From Marsupella aquatica (taxonomy: Eukaryota > Plantae > Marchantiophyta): a DNA stretch of 64,000 nt. Position numbers and translations under genes: made by a program. Numbering within the stretch: position 1 is the stretch's first letter; every line of letters starts with the position of its first letter. A model generated the notes under the pieces. The model was not told where the DNA came from and did not search any database. It saw only the letters and a program-made list of their open reading frames with translations. The stretch covers positions 10,629,135 to 10,693,134 of the forward strand of contig OZ316899.1 in the NCBI GenBank assembly GCA_973895155.1, in the 5' to 3' direction. Below are positions 25,290 through 39,978 of this stretch, piece after piece.

Positions 25290-26138
25290 GGTATTTAGAC
25301 CCCATTAAACAACTATTCAGTACCGTATAGGACTTGGAAACGACTGGGAAGGACTCCAGTCCTTTATAGGACTATGAGTCGTATGTTTTGTTACTATAAT
25401 CAACTGAGTCCTTTATAGAACTGGTTTATAAATCGTTTTATAGACTGGATTTTCAGTCTATTGTAGTCTTTGTGTGGGTAGGTTTGGTGAGTCTTTTTCA
25501 GTCTTTTATGGACTGCGATGGTGAGTCGTTGGGAACGACTCAAAAGGTTATGGAGGGTAGTCTTTAAGTATACTTTGTGGGTTTATAAAACGACTAAAGT
25601 AGACACTTTGTGGGGTATGTAGAAGTCTTTCATGTCAACTGGAAATGAGTGATGAAGACCCCACTATACTACTTGGAATGAACTCACTCTTGTGCACAAA
25701 TAACACATTCCATTCATGTTTTATTGTGTACTTGGAATGAACTCACTCTATAAGGTCACCATTCACCATGTTAACATTAGAACCTCACACAAATTTTCAG
25801 AAAGCCATCTTCTATACCATGTACACTAATATGAATTCACAGATTCAAACATCATAGACTACAAAGAAGGTCACAAAGCATTCGTCTATACCATACACAC
25901 TAATACTGAAATGATACAAAACAGATTCAAGTATCATAGACAATCACTTCAGAGAGCCATAGTTTGACATCAATCACTTGTTTCATATATACAGAATTCG
26001 GAAATATCAATGTCACACACAACGGCTCCTTCATCCTCTTTACCAAATGGAAAAATTGGTACAGATTTTCTTGGATCTTTCCAAGGCAATGTCAAAATGT
26101 AACACAATTCACATGATTCTATCTACACTTGCATTCAG

Positions 26139-29100
26139 TCACTGCAGACTAACACACTCTGATGGCCAGAGCACAAGAGATCCTACTGCATCTGCAATTA
26201 TTTCCTGAGGTAGATCATCGTCTCTATTCGGAAATGGCAAATTACAATCAGATACAATCATTGTAGTCAACAACACTACTACATGGTCATCCGGGACCAC
26301 TTTGCCATGGAATTTAGCATGATCCGGTCGCAAAATGCCTGTACCCACACATACCTGCGAGTCATCCTCCCATGATAGAAGATTATGGACTGGCTCTGCT
26401 GTGGCTATCACCTCCACCTTACCCTGGCTGCTTTTCTTGGCTTTCCTGGGTGGCTTATACATGACATTATTCATACCTTGGTTGCGAGTCATGACTTTGG
26501 CACGAGTGTTTTGTGCTGGTGATCGAGAATTGGCTACACTCTTCTTCAAAGAATCTGCATCCATATTTGACACTTCCGATTGTATAGCAGGATTTCCCTG
26601 CGACATCATCTCAGTATCTGCCAACATTGTACTTGCTTCAATTGAAGCATCTACAATCTTACTTGCATCCAATGTTGCTCCCAAGTTTCGATGTCACTTC
26701 ACCCTGCTCCCACTTGGTTGAGAGTCTGTCAACTCTGCATCAACTACAATTCAGTGCATTGTCCAACATAAGTGAATCACTCATCACATGTGCGCCATGT
26801 ACATGTCACCAACCACAAAGTTGTCACTATCTCCTTACCATTATGAACAGCCTTCTTCCCCTTCTTTACCATTGCCATATCCTCCATGTCTACTTCTGCT
26901 GATCAATAAACACACCACAATATTCAGGTTCAATCTATTAACCACTGAATTGTTTCTCAACAATGGTAGGAGAGGAATTTAAAGCATCAGCTTACCTGAT
27001 ACCTCCTTGGCTATGGTCACTGAGGCACTGGGCACATCTTTTTCATTGCTCTTTGAATCACCTGATACATCAATCATGATGTCCCTTTAGATCCCAGTTG
27101 ATCCAACCAGTTCTTACAGAAAAGATTACCTCCAACCGGCTTAAGCTTCACAAAACTCCATGCACTTTTCAAATGTAATGTACTGGATCATAGCAGGTTA
27201 CCTGTCTCAGCAACCTTTTTGCCATTCTGCTTACTGATTACAGGGTCCTTCTCTGCCTCCACTCTTCCTGCATTCAAACCATTCACTCAATTCATGAAAA
27301 CTTACTTCTAACATTTGAACATAGGACACAATGAACAATGGGCCGGTGTCATTTCCATACCTGTGTCAGATTTGCCAATTCCCTTTTTTGTTAACAAGGG
27401 CACACTTTGTACAATGTTGCCCTCATTGTTTGGTTGGGAACCACCCAATTTTTCAATCACAAGCTTGAAATTAGATTCCACTGATGCAAGAAGGTTCGCT
27501 ACAGATGCCTCCACAATATCCAAACGATCTGCCAATTTACTTTCCACTCGAGGGAGTCCACACTCTAATGACTTCAACCGTTCACACATCTCTGTGAGAG
27601 TTGTAACAGTTCCCTGTCACAACACAGCTTACATATCTCAGATAATTGTCCCCAAGAACTGGTTGCTTACTTCCTACTACAATTCTTTCTGATGCTCAAG
27701 GCCAAATAGTCACAGAACATACAGAATTACAACATAATCACATATTTGGAAGTCACACTTGTCACCTCACTCCTTTGTTTCATGAACTCCTCTCTCACTT
27801 CTTGTGCTGATGGTTCTTCACCTATCAATTTCTTCTGCAGTCCACATCAACATACATATGAATGAAACCAAGTGTTGATTGTCAATGAAAATGTAATAAT
27901 GGTAGCAAGATGATAAGTTTGAGGCTTACTATCAGGCATGTCACTGCCTTACCAATTGTTCTTTCACTGGAGCATAACTTCCTCTCCCAGCCTGTGACAG
28001 GTGTTTCACTTTGCCTCGAGCATTTGACATCAGTTCACTCTTGCTCTGCCCAGCCTCCGACATGAACCCTTTGATTAACCGTGTCCATTGATCCAATTCC
28101 AATGATGGGGGTGGTGGCATTCTCTTGTTAGAACCATTGTCTATCCACATCCTTTTCAACCTATGCCTCTCTTGTTTCAAAATCCTCATTGCATAATCTG
28201 ATATGCAATCTTCAACTGGGCCCTTACCATCATTACCAACATAGTCCCACCGTTCAAGAATGTCCTTGCAGATAGCAGCCCAATCAGCTTTGTTCTGACT
28301 CTTAAACTCTGTAATGCTCAAATCTAACCAACGCAATACTTCTCCTCTTAGGTCAGAATGCCAACGGTTCTTACCATCACATGTGGGAGTTATCCAACCA
28401 TCGGAATTCACTTCTACTTTACCAAATTTGTTACTGTCTCCTGCCTTGGTACTCCCTGAAGCGCTACTAGGTGTCCCTCCACGGCCTGGTGTCCCCCCAC
28501 GGCCTGGGGTCCCTCCACGGCCTGATCTCCCCCCACGGCCTGGATTGCATTGTCCAAACCTCCCTGGAGTCCCTGCACATTTACAGGATCCATTAGGTAA
28601 GTATGAATCATAAATCCTGCTGCCAAATATACACTGGACTTCAGAGCAATTCTGCAATGACCAAGTTACCTCTCCCTTGGCGCATAGATGGTTCTGGACC
28701 ACCTGTCCTATTGCTTTGTCTTGATGAATTAGGGCCGTTTCTCCCACCTGTGAATGATTGCCTCCTATCTGAACGTGGATGGCCTTTGTTGTTTTCGTGA
28801 TTATCCCAATCAGAGTCTGCATACCAACAGGTACATGCCACACTCATGGACCTGTAAGATAAACTCTTTGCCCTAGCTACACATCAGATAAGTCCATATT
28901 GAGCTAAATCTCTACTACCATCACAAAATCACTAGCACAAGGCACTTACTTGTCCAATCATCCTCCTCACCTTTCCATTGCCCTCTGTACCCGTCTCTAC
29001 CACGCTCTGGGTGTTCATATTCATCCCATCCATCTTCTGCTCCATCATAGTCATCATCATAATTATCAGGCGTCCCTTGCCAATAACTCTGGCTCCTTCT

Positions 29101-29322
29101 AGGGTATGGATTATGTGATTTCTCTCTAGCTGCCCACCTACCTGGGACTTGATGAGGGCCCTGTGCATCTTGCACAGGTGCATTTTTCTGTGAGCCCCCT
29201 GCATCTGGGTCTCCATCCGTATCCAATCTTTCCTCTTCACCCCACTCTCCAAGCCCCATGTCTGTCTCCATGTCATCACCCTCTTCCCCCATAGCTTCTG
29301 CACAGCACCCACAACCAAACAA
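26139..29322 (-). CDS. TnpA-like (En/Spm ORF2) multi-exon gene; exon structure approximate
   Basis: 27941-28843 has a Transposase_24-like segment (RHRLKRMW..PPPS..DQWTRLI..SE..KSE..SNARGK..GRGSYA). 26139-26684 has a Tnp1/En/Spm-type C-terminus (GTGIL..KFHGKVVPDDHVVV..LPFPN..AVGSLVLWP). Small spliced exons lie between. Confidence 0.72.
28471..28543. repeat. 18-bp coding tandem repeat (GTPGRG-like x4)
   Basis: ccacggcctg recurs every 18 bp. Confidence 0.85.
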
Positions 29323-29469
29323 GGAGAATCAGCACACTAAATTCAAAGTATCAATCAATTTCATGCATATCCAACTATCCTAAACATCATTCCAGGCAGC
29401 AATTCCCGTTCTGTGACTCTGTGCAGGTAGTCATCCTCAACCTCATACTTGCCAATCGCCAGCTGTTGC

Positions 29470-32400
29470 CTATTGCAAATCATCAACCTCATCATATTCC
29501 ATTTGCCCAGGTTCATCATATGTCTCTCTCAATGTTAAGGGGATGTAGTCAGTCCCTGCCCGAGTTGGAAGTACAGTCTCATGACTAGGATGCTCGAATG
29601 CAGCATGGTCATCCAAACTGAACTCTACTTTACTTCCATCCATCCGCCTGTTCCGTGCTTGGCTATGGCATACCACCCTCCAGCCATGTGACTCCTCCAC
29701 ATCTGCAAAGAAAGCCTGTTCAACTTGGCTAGGGAAAACAAAAGGCTCAGACCATTTTGGTACTCTGGACCTAAAATTGGCCAACAAGAACCCATCATGA
29801 TCACGCTTCATGGTGGCCCTTGGTCTCTGCCACTCTGATTTCACCCATGATCCCTTCATCAATATCACTGGGACACTTGTGTTACCATAATTCAACACCC
29901 AAATGTCAGTCAACTCCCCCACGTAACCCATCTTCATCCACCCCCTCTGTTCTTCAGAGGTTCTCTGCTCAAACACATAAATCAAACCACAATCATATGA
30001 TACACAATGGTCACCCTGCTCATCCCTCACTCGATAATGATTTCCATAAGCTCTCATCCGTTTGTAGGTCAGAATAGACAATCGTGGTGGCACAGATAGA
30101 AGATACAAATCCTTCTCCATATCTGGGTGATGTCTACTATGCTCTCGAATTGTCACCCGAATCCACTGCTCGAACTGTGGGAAGGGATCCTGCTGCCCAG
30201 AGTGTGCAGCTTTTTGCATATCATATTCCCTGCATTATGAGGTACAGGCATAGTTAGGTCTAAACAACACATGACAACCTAAGATCACCCTTGGAACAGA
30301 CAAGAAGCATCACAACAAAGGCAAGTCAATTCAATCACTCACCTCCACCATGGTTGCATAGGCTCTGTGTTTGCCAGCACATATGAATGAGCCTTGTCTC
30401 GAATCGCAACAGGCAGCTGAACAGCACGTCCCACACCTTCAACAACCTCGCCACTCACTCCATCATCTTCACCAGATTTCCAAACTCTTGTCATAGCTTC
30501 ACCAGACCCAGCCATGTACTTTGTTAGGAATCCCAACGTCTCATCCTTAATGTACCCCAATGCCATGGAAGCCTCTGGCCTGTAGTATGTTCTCACATGA
30601 CCTTTCAACAACTTCATGTATCGCTCCATAGGGTACATCCATCTGGTACTGACTGGCCCATACTGCCCTAGCTCTTCTACCACATGGATTAGGAGATGAG
30701 TCATAACATCAAAGAAAGCAGGGGGGAAGTATATCTCCAAGTCACAGAGGACATAAGCAGCATCCTGCTTCAACTGCTCCAATCCTTGGGGATCCCACAC
30801 TTTCACACATATACGGCGAAATACATTGCACAGTCGAAGAATGACATTACGGACTGGTTTCTGCATGAGACCTCTGAGGCATAGGGGCAGAATGTGCTGC
30901 ATCAACACATGGTAGTCATGTGTTTTCATACTGCCAAGTTTATTCTTTGTAATATGCTTCTTGAAGGCACCAGCATAGCCAGAGGGCACTTTCAGACAGC
31001 TCAATCTATACAAGAATGTCTTCCATTCATCCTGTGTGCACACATAGGAGCTTGGAACTTGAGAAGTACATTGGGATTGCTTGCATGGGGCTTCAACCAA
31101 AGGTGAGGGCGAATCCCCTTCTGTTGCATATCAGCTCGAACTGCTCCTGTATCTTTCTCACCCGACAAGAACTTCAGCAAGCTCTCACAAATATTTTTCT
31201 CAATGTGCATGACGTGCACATTGTGTTTGCTGGGCTCGAATTCCTGCACTCCACAAAGCAAAGAATTCAACAACAGAAACACTAATTAACCACATAGGAG
31301 GATTGTAACCAACATCAATCCACCATTGCTCCAATCTAAAATTGCAATCATACAGGGGCTGGAGGCTAAGTACATTACCCTCCAATACTCCAACTCCAAG
31401 TCCATCAAGGTCTGTCTTTTCACACCGTGTTTCACCACTGGATCCTCAGGTTCTCGATCAGTGGCACTTCTCTTGTCCCAATCAGCCTTCCTGGCTGCCC
31501 ACCTCAGGACTTGCTCTCTGGTGACCCTCTGTGGTGGGCCACGAAGCTCTGTTTTGTTGTTGAAGTGTGCAATTTGAGACCGTGTGTGCCTGTAAGGATG
31601 ATCAACAGGCAGATACCTTCTATGCCCCTGAAATTTCATACTATGCAGGGCATGCGACCACTCACTTGTCACATTTTTCCCACATGGTGTGCACCCCACA
31701 TAGCCCTTTGTCACTTGTCCAGATATGATGCCATGGCCTCGGTAATCTGCTATATCCAGCAAACAAATTGCATGCAGTCTAAAGGGGTTGGGTCGAAGAA
31801 GCCCCTTCAGAACATCATGGGTTAACACCCCTTCTATCCACAAAGTCTTCCACTCTTCCACTGCTGGAGCCAACATGATATCTATGAATTGCTCGGTCAC
31901 AGAAGCTGGTCCAAGGATTAACAGCACCATCATGACAAAAAACCTCTTTGTAGTCATCCATGGGGGAAGGTTGTAATTTAACAGCGTAACCGGCCAACAT
32001 GAATAACGGTTGTTTTTGTCTCCAAATGGGTTTACTCCATCCAGTGATAGACCAAATCAAAAGTTCCGCTTCTCTGCAGCAAACTGTGGCCACCTCTCAT
32101 CAACAAATTTCCAATGGTTGGAATCTCCAATGTGACGCTGCAGGCCATCACTGCTCTTGTTATCAGGAGTCCATGTCATCAGCTTGGAAATGGCAGGGCA
32201 TCTAAATAGACGTTGTAGTCTAGGAATGAGAGGAAAATGACAAAGAACCTTGGCAGGGTGTGTACATTTCCCTACATTCTTGTACCTGTGCTTACCACAA
32301 TGAGGGCATGTCAATTTATCTGCATGCTCTTTGCGAAAGAGAACACACCCATCAGGGCATGCGTCAATAGACACATAGTTCAGCCCAAGGTTAGACATCA

Positions 32401-33106
32401 ATTTCCTAGCCTCGTACATATTTTTTGGAATTGAATTACCATCTGGTAACACATTTCGGCGTAGGAAGGTCAACAACTCTATCACAAATATATTGGGAAC
32501 ATTGTGATTGCCACAGATGTTCAACAACAACACGACAAAACCCAGCTTGGAGCAGTTCGACCCCTCGTAGATAAGAATGCAAGCTTCTTTGATGTGTTTT
32601 GGGCCCCCAAACACCCACTCCCTCTCTGCTGCACCTTCCCCAATGTCAAAGTCAGGTTCAACTTGGCCGTCGCCAATGTGTGGCTGCGGTTCATTGTCCT
32701 CTTCTGATTCCACTATGTCGTAAAAAGCATCAAGGTCTTCAAAAATCTCTTGAACCATTCTTGGGACATCCATCCCACCATCCTCAGTGACTGCCTCTGC
32801 ATCTCCATCTTGGTCATCCACGTTCTCATGTTGGACCCCAGGACCATCCTCTGCACAGTCTATGTCCTGCTCTACGTAGTCTCTACGCCTAGCTGTATTA
32901 GAATCCACAAAGTCAGCTCTCCACTCTTCATCAAAGGAGTCTTCTTCTACTGGTACATTCCAAACCCTCCACCGAGGGTGCCTTTCATGCCGCAGTAGGT
33001 GAAGGTGCACAGTGTTCAAACTCAACGACTTGAATCCTTGGCACTGTGTGCATGGGCATCTCATCCTCCTACTCCTACCTTGGGCGGCCCGGGCTTGTTC
33101 ACGCAT
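29470..33106 (-). pseudogene. TnpD-like CACTA transposase, copy B (frameshifts near 32055 and 31050)
   Basis: RMRCPCTQC, SIDACPDGC..CPHC, HNVHVMHIEKNICESLL, FPPAFFDVMTHLLIH, EPFVFPSQVEQAFF. Intron 31244-31378 is at the same position as in copy A. Confidence 0.93.
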
Positions 33107-33495
33107 TCACAATTTAGAATCATGATGCCTAATCCTAAATGGGTTGTGAAGAGGCAACCTTGGAGCCATCACTATACACACGCACTCAGTACCCTGTCAT
33201 TTTATTATGCAAGTGAAAAATACACTTCCTGTTAAGGATTTCACCCCCGACTGTACTTGCCAAAATACGTAACGTTCCAAAAAAACAAAAAAACAAAAAA
33301 TATAGGTGCCTGAGTCATGTACCTATTCTCAAGTGAATGAGACAAAATTCCTAAATGTTTGAGGGTGTAAACTCCTCCGCTGTCCTCACATGTACTGCCT
33401 CTGCACGTACATCCATGACCATATCAGAGTCCAATCATGTATAGTCATAGACACAGGTGCCAAGTGCGAGACCGGTGTGAGATGTCCTCATCTTA

Positions 33496-34029
33496 CTACC
33501 ACATCAAATACGGATACCAATCCTGTTGTCGATGCCACTCAGCCCTGAGGTACTCAGGCATGTACATTAAGTCATCAAGGTCTAAACCCTGCTCATGCCA
33601 TGGTGGTCTTCGATCCGTGCCTACAAGCAGTGGCAGCAGTGCCCTCCATGGTGCACATGTTGCTACCAAGTCCCTCCACTGGGTACTAATTAGTCTATAT
33701 TTGCAGATATCTTGTGCGCCAGACACCACAAGAACCCTCGGCCAGACATGTGTAAGAACTATATCATCTGCCAAATCAGGCAACAAGGAACCACCTACAG
33801 CATCGTGCTTGTCTAACTCATCTGCTGAAAAGTAAATGTCCTCTTCAGACTGTGCATCCTCATTCACCACAGCATTCACAACACATCCAAGGTCTACAGG
33901 CATTATCTCGGATGGAGCTACACTCTATCTGGTTACCAATCCACACAAGTAAGCCCAAGCAGTAGCCATGCACGATGCAACCCGTAGGAGGACCCTACAT
34001 AGGGCCTGACGGTCTGGAAGAGGCAGCAT
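33496..34029 (-). pseudogene. F-box-like cargo gene, copy B (in-frame TAG at 33925-33927)
   Basis: LLPDLADDIVLTHVWPRV..WRDLV, collinear with 4107-4625. Confidence 0.62.
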
Positions 34030-34385
34030 ACCCACCAAAGTCTTCAGCCAAACAGAGCCCAGCAAGTAGATTCACAGTCACACCGCACTTTGCAGGAAAC
34101 AACAATCACTTCAACTGCGACCAACCATGACAAGATGAGTTAGTTCAAGGATCACATTTATTACAAAATTGTGATTTATACAAAAATATGAGGGACTCCT
34201 ACTCCTCACTCTCTCCCACCTTTGCTAAGCATACATCTCCGCTAAATCTTGGAGGGCCAGGCCTCAAAAATATCAAAGTCCCAAGCATTCTGTCGCTTCC
34301 CTCTAGCTGTTGATTCCAGAAGCCAATCAGGGGAAAGCACCCAAAGATTGTTGTTCATGACAAAATGACACACTATTGTCTTAAA

Positions 34386-34531
34386 TGTTATAACCCATAA
34401 TATGACTTAACCCTAGTATAGGATAGGTTAACATTAACCCAACCATGTTAACCCTTCTGGACTATATAAGTCCTTGGCATATGGAAGTGAGTGGGGATTA
34501 TTGACTACTATCATCTTGTGTATTCATAACA
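34386..34531 (+). repeat. Copia 5' LTR
   Basis: TGTTAT...ATAACA; identical to the 3' LTR except for a 1-nt indel. Confidence 0.95.
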
Positions 34532-35077
34532 CGTTATCAGCGCGACTTGCTCAATTACATTTTTTTTACATGTGCTCCCTCCCCAAAATCTGACAACTCA
34601 ATAGATCGAGGTCCACACAAAGAAAACAACACAATGTTGTGTGTTTTTTGCTCTAATGGCGAGAATAACCGCCTAACTACCTCCCGAGAATAGAGAAAAC
34701 AAGCTTATGATCGAAGAACAAAGAACTGGCCATAGAGCGTCGAGCCTAATCACGAGCGAAGATTCTCAACCTTGAACGAAGGAGACAACGCGACGAGACG
34801 CGAAAAACAAAATAAAAGACATTGGCGAAAACTGAAAACTTTGAGGACCGCACACAAGGACATACGAACGAACTCCATCGGGGACAATTTGGATGCGATT
34901 CAAGGGGCAGATGAGTCCCGTGCCTTGAGCGAAAGGATCGCTATCGTTTCTCTTTCTTTTGGTTAACTTGATCCATCACAACAGCCGATCGATCGGGCGG
35001 GACAAGGCGAAAGTCATAGGCATTTGATACAAAGGAACACCATATATTTATAAGGCCCAAAATCAGGCGAAATAGAC

Positions 35078-38000
35078 ATGGCGACATTGGAGAAGTTACA
35101 TTTCCCAGCCCTACTAGTAGACGGCAGCAACTACTTGACATGGGCCGTAGATGCGGAAACATACTTCGCATCGTTGGAGCTTGAAGATACATTAATCACA
35201 GACCAAAATCTGACTCTACAACAGAAGGCCAAGGCCGTGTTCCTTTTGCGCCAGCACTTGGTTCCCTCACTAAAATCCCAATACATGAACGAAGTCAATC
35301 CACGACTCCTGTGGGACAAGTTAAAGGCCCGATTCGACCATATGCGCAAAATATGGCTTCCTGAGGCTCGCCGCGATTGGTACAACCTACGAGTGATGGA
35401 TCATACTTCCATTGCTAACTACAACAGCGCTCTATTTAAAATTACCTCTCAACTAGAACTCTGCGGCCATCCAGTCCCAGACGCAGATAAGATCGACAAG
35501 ACACTGAGTACATTCCCCGAATCAAACATTGCACTCGGTACACAGTACCGAAATATGCAATTCACCACATATTCAGATCTTATCGCACATTTACTTGTAG
35601 AAGAGAAGCAACAGGTGGTCGCCATGCAAAACGCCCGAAAAAGACCTGCGGGAACAGAACCACCACCACACAAACCAGAGATAAATTACTATCAGCGAGA
35701 TAACATGGGACGAGGCCGACCAAGAGGCAGAGGCGGATACCAAGGCAGAGGTAGAAACCAATCCTACAGAGGTCGAGGATATCGACAATCATACAACACA
35801 AGAGGCAGGGGAGTAGGCGGCAGAGGCAGGATGAGTGATAATGCATCGGACAACACCAAAGATGACAGGATGTGCTACCGATGCGGAAAAATAGGACACC
35901 TGAAGAAAAATTGTTGGGCATCGGACCAAACAGCCAGGAAACATACAGAATCAAGAGCTAGACTCAAACAAAACCCAGCAGGGAACTACATGGAGCTAGA
36001 AGAAGCAATAGCCACCTACAAAGACCCCGAACAACCTCATGAAGTGGAGACCCACATAGTAACTCCAGCAAGAGGACCCTACACACTACAAGACCCCAAT
36101 CTGGGCATAATTGACAGCGGTACGTCTCATACAATACTAAAGGACAAGAAATATTTCCACTCAATTACCCCATCAGCCCGGCATATGACCACCATTTCAG
36201 GCACAAACCAGATTGAGGAGGGTAAAGGCACAGCCACGGTAATATTCCCAGGAGGCACTGCACTCGCCATCGAAGCAGCGATATTCGCCCCGCGAGCTAC
36301 AAGGAACCTCATCAGCTTCCGAGACATAGTCGCAAATAAATATCAACTGCGCACAGTGAAAACAGACGAGGAAGATACCCTCCAAATCGTGGAGGTTACC
36401 GAACAAGGTATACATATTAAAGAAACCTTACCCCTTATACCACCAGGCCTCTACGCAACTCAAATTCAAGCTCACTATGTCACTGCAGACTTACCTGATA
36501 TCACATACTTATGGCACTGTCGACTGGGACACCCCGGAGTAAATATGTACCGCAGAATTATTCATGACTCCCGTGGAATCCCCCAAGGAGTCAACCCATC
36601 AACAAAACAAAGGCAATGCCTGGCGTGCTCTCAGGGGAAGCTGATTACACGCCCACAAATACAGAAGACAATCTATGCCATCCCGAACTTCCTGGAACAC
36701 CTGAACGCAGATGTATGCGGCCCGATCCACCCACCAAGTGGACCGTTTAAGTATTTCCTGGCCATCATCGACTCTTCGACCAAATGGCTGCAAGTATCTC
36801 TACTCTCTACACGCAACTTGGTCTTCGCTAGGATACTGGCCAACATTCTAAAGCTTAAAGCACAATTCCCAGAACATCCAATTCGGAAACTGAGAGTGGA
36901 TGGTGCAGGGGAATTCACCTCAAAAGCATTCGATGAGTTTTGCTGGGCAGCGGGCATTGACACTGAATACTCAGTCCCATATGTCCATTTCCAAAACGGA
37001 ATGGCAGAATCCGTTATCAAGCGTATACAGATGATAACCAGACCCCTGTTAATGAATTCAAAGTTACCCCTATCCACATGGGGACACGCAGTCCTCCATG
37101 CTGCCACACTGCTTCAATACAGACCATCGGCGTTCAACACAAAGACTCCACACCACTTAGCGTTCGGACTACCTCCAGACCTGTCACACCTGCGGGTATT
37201 TGGATGCAAAGTCATGGTCCCAATACTGGGACCCAAGCGTACAAAAATCGGACCTCAAAGACAAGAAGGAATCTACATCGGAAATGACTCATCCTCGATC
37301 ATTCGCTACCTGGAACCGACAACAGCCGATGTGTTTAAGGCCAGACATACAGATTGTCATTTTTACGAAGACACTTTTCCCACCCTAAGCATAGACAAAC
37401 AAATGACAGGGGACTTGCACCCACACAAGATCAACTGGAACAGCAGAAACTTACTCAACCAGGACCCGAGGACGAAACAAACGGATGCAGAAGTTAGACG
37501 ATTACTCCACCTCCACGAGATGCTGGATAAGATCCCAGATGCATTTAATGATGCAGCAAATGTTACAAAATCCCACAACGAGGCAACCAATGTACCAGCC
37601 AGAGTACAAATGAATACTCCTCCAGCAACAGTAGCTGCCCCTAAGGCGAAAAGAGGTAGGCCACCAGGATCACATGATACCCGACCCCGCCAAAGACGCC
37701 CCCATCAGGTAATTCCTGAAACTACTTTTCACTTCATTAATAATGAATCCGAGACACCAGACATATCGGGTAATGAGGAGATGTCAATTCAGTATAAGCA
37801 TACAGGACAAATTTACACGAGACAAAACACTACTGTCGACGAACAATTTGCTTACCATATAGCTCAAGAAATAACCAATGATACTTCGGACCCTTTAACA
37901 ATCAAAGAAGCACAAACAAGGTCAGATTGGCCACACTGGAAAGAGGCCATTGACACAGAAATGGATGCACTAATCCGTCGACAAGTCTTCGGACCAGTCA

Positions 38001-39639
38001 AACAAGTTGATCCTAACAATGACTATACAGACAGCCGATTTACGTTCATTAAAAAGCGAAATGCAAAAGGTGATGTTATCAGATACAGAGCGCGGTTAGT
38101 AGCAAAAGGATACACCCAGATCCCAGGCAGGGACTATGATCTAACATATTCACCAGTAATGGACGTGACGACATTCAGGTATTTAATTGCTTTCTCTCGC
38201 AAACACCAGTTATGCAATATCCTTATGGACGTAGTAACGGCATACCTATATGGAGTCTTAGACTCCGAAATTCATATGAAAGCACCAAAGGAATTACTCG
38301 AAAGAGTGGCAGAACACATTCAGGGGAAGCAATACCCGAACCTGAGCAAGGATATGAAGTCGGGAATTGACCAGATTATCCCTAATGATGATTGTAAAGG
38401 CCTTGTGTTGAGCAGTGGCAACACACAGAAAGCACCACTCCAGTACCCCGGAAAACGAAGGACTGGACAGCAGGCATTTGCTGTGCAAGTATTGAAATCC
38501 ATAAACGGCCTGAAACAAAGCGGCCGTATATGGTACCAGAAATTTAAAACCGAAATACAAGCACTCGGATTTATTACAGAAGACATAGCGCCCTGTATAT
38601 TCATCAAAAGAGTAGACACAGAGTTCGTCGTGTTAGCGCTATATGTCGATGACATTAATCTCTTCGGTACACAACGACTATTACGACAAACAATCAACAC
38701 AATGAAGGGCATTTTCGAGATGAAAGAACTGGGAGAACCGACTTACTGCCTCGGCCTTCAGTTCGATCACCTACAGACAGGCACATTCATTAGCCAGTCT
38801 ACCTATACAAACAAAATCCTCCAACAATTCAATATGCAAAAGGCATACCCGGTATCAACACCAATGGAGCTGAGATCCTTAGACACTGCGAAGGACATGT
38901 TCAGGCAAAGACAGGACAACGAACCAATACTAGATTCAGATAAGCCATACTTATCGGCTATCGGAGCCCTCCTTTACCTGGCCAACAACACCCGACAATA
39001 CGCCACTGGAACGGCATAAAACGAGTATTCCGATACCTCCAAGGAACAATTGACATGGGACTATTCTTCCCCAACGAAAGCGAGGATGAACTTACAGGAT
39101 ACGCGGACGCTGGATACCTCTCAGACCCCCAAGATTCAAAGTCGCAGACAGGATACGTCTTCTTGCAGGGTAAAACCGCCATATCTTGGAGAAGCACGAA
39201 GCAGAGCCTAACCACAACGTCATCGAATCACGCCGAAGTAATTGCCCTCTATGAGGCATGCCGCGAAGCGATTTGGCTCCGTAGTATAATCACACATATA
39301 CTCAAACAGACAGGAAAAACCTTACTCACAAATCCAACCACCATCTACGAGGACAATAGGGCATGCGTCGACCAGATAGTTACAGGCTACATGAAGACCG
39401 ATCGAACCAAGCACATAGACCCGAAATTTTTCTTTACGCACGAACACAGCGGAAAGCAAATACAAGTAAAGTGGATAAGCTCACAAGACAATTGCGCCGA
39501 CCTCTTCACCAAGCCGCTACCAGCGACTACACATCGAAAGCACGTCAGCGCCATTGGAATGCATCGTCTCTCCTCCCTAACCTCCTCGACTAACGACAAC
39601 TCCCGACACGAACACACAGCCAACGCAAAATCGAAGTAG
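35078..39639 (+). pseudogene. Copia gag-pol (gag, zinc knuckle, PR, IN, RT, RNase H) with one frameshifting deletion near 38995
   Basis: CYRCGKIGHLKKNC, IIDSGTSHT, LWHCRLGHP, DVCGPI..RVDGAGEF..NGMAE, RYRARLVAKG, LYVDD, GYADA..YEDN..ADLFTK. ANNTR jumps directly to TIRHWNG in another frame. Confidence 0.93.
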
Positions 39640-39978
39640 AACCTCGACAAACTACTAAATCATAGTATCTAACGAACAGTTTACAGAGAGACACATGTTC
39701 CCCCGTCATGAATACAATACTACCCCGACTAGAGTAACAAATAAACGCTTACTTACTCTTAGCCCACTGGCTTAGACAGTAATAGGCTACTTTTAGACTT
39801 AGAGCATACACATTAGAGACTTTCTGAATTAGGGACCACAAATTGTAATGATGGTAGTACTCTTCCTTGAGAGGAAAGCAGCAAGGTTTGATGAGGCTAC
39901 ATCATAAGTGACTCCCACTTTTAAACTAGGGTTAAATGTGTGGTTCCTTGACACCCCGTCCAAGTAACCAAGGGGAAG

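Noticed and set aside
23867-25330. 487-aa ORF as a complete protein
   Set aside because: It is a gypsy gag/PR fragment whose last ~19 codons read into the CACTA TIR.
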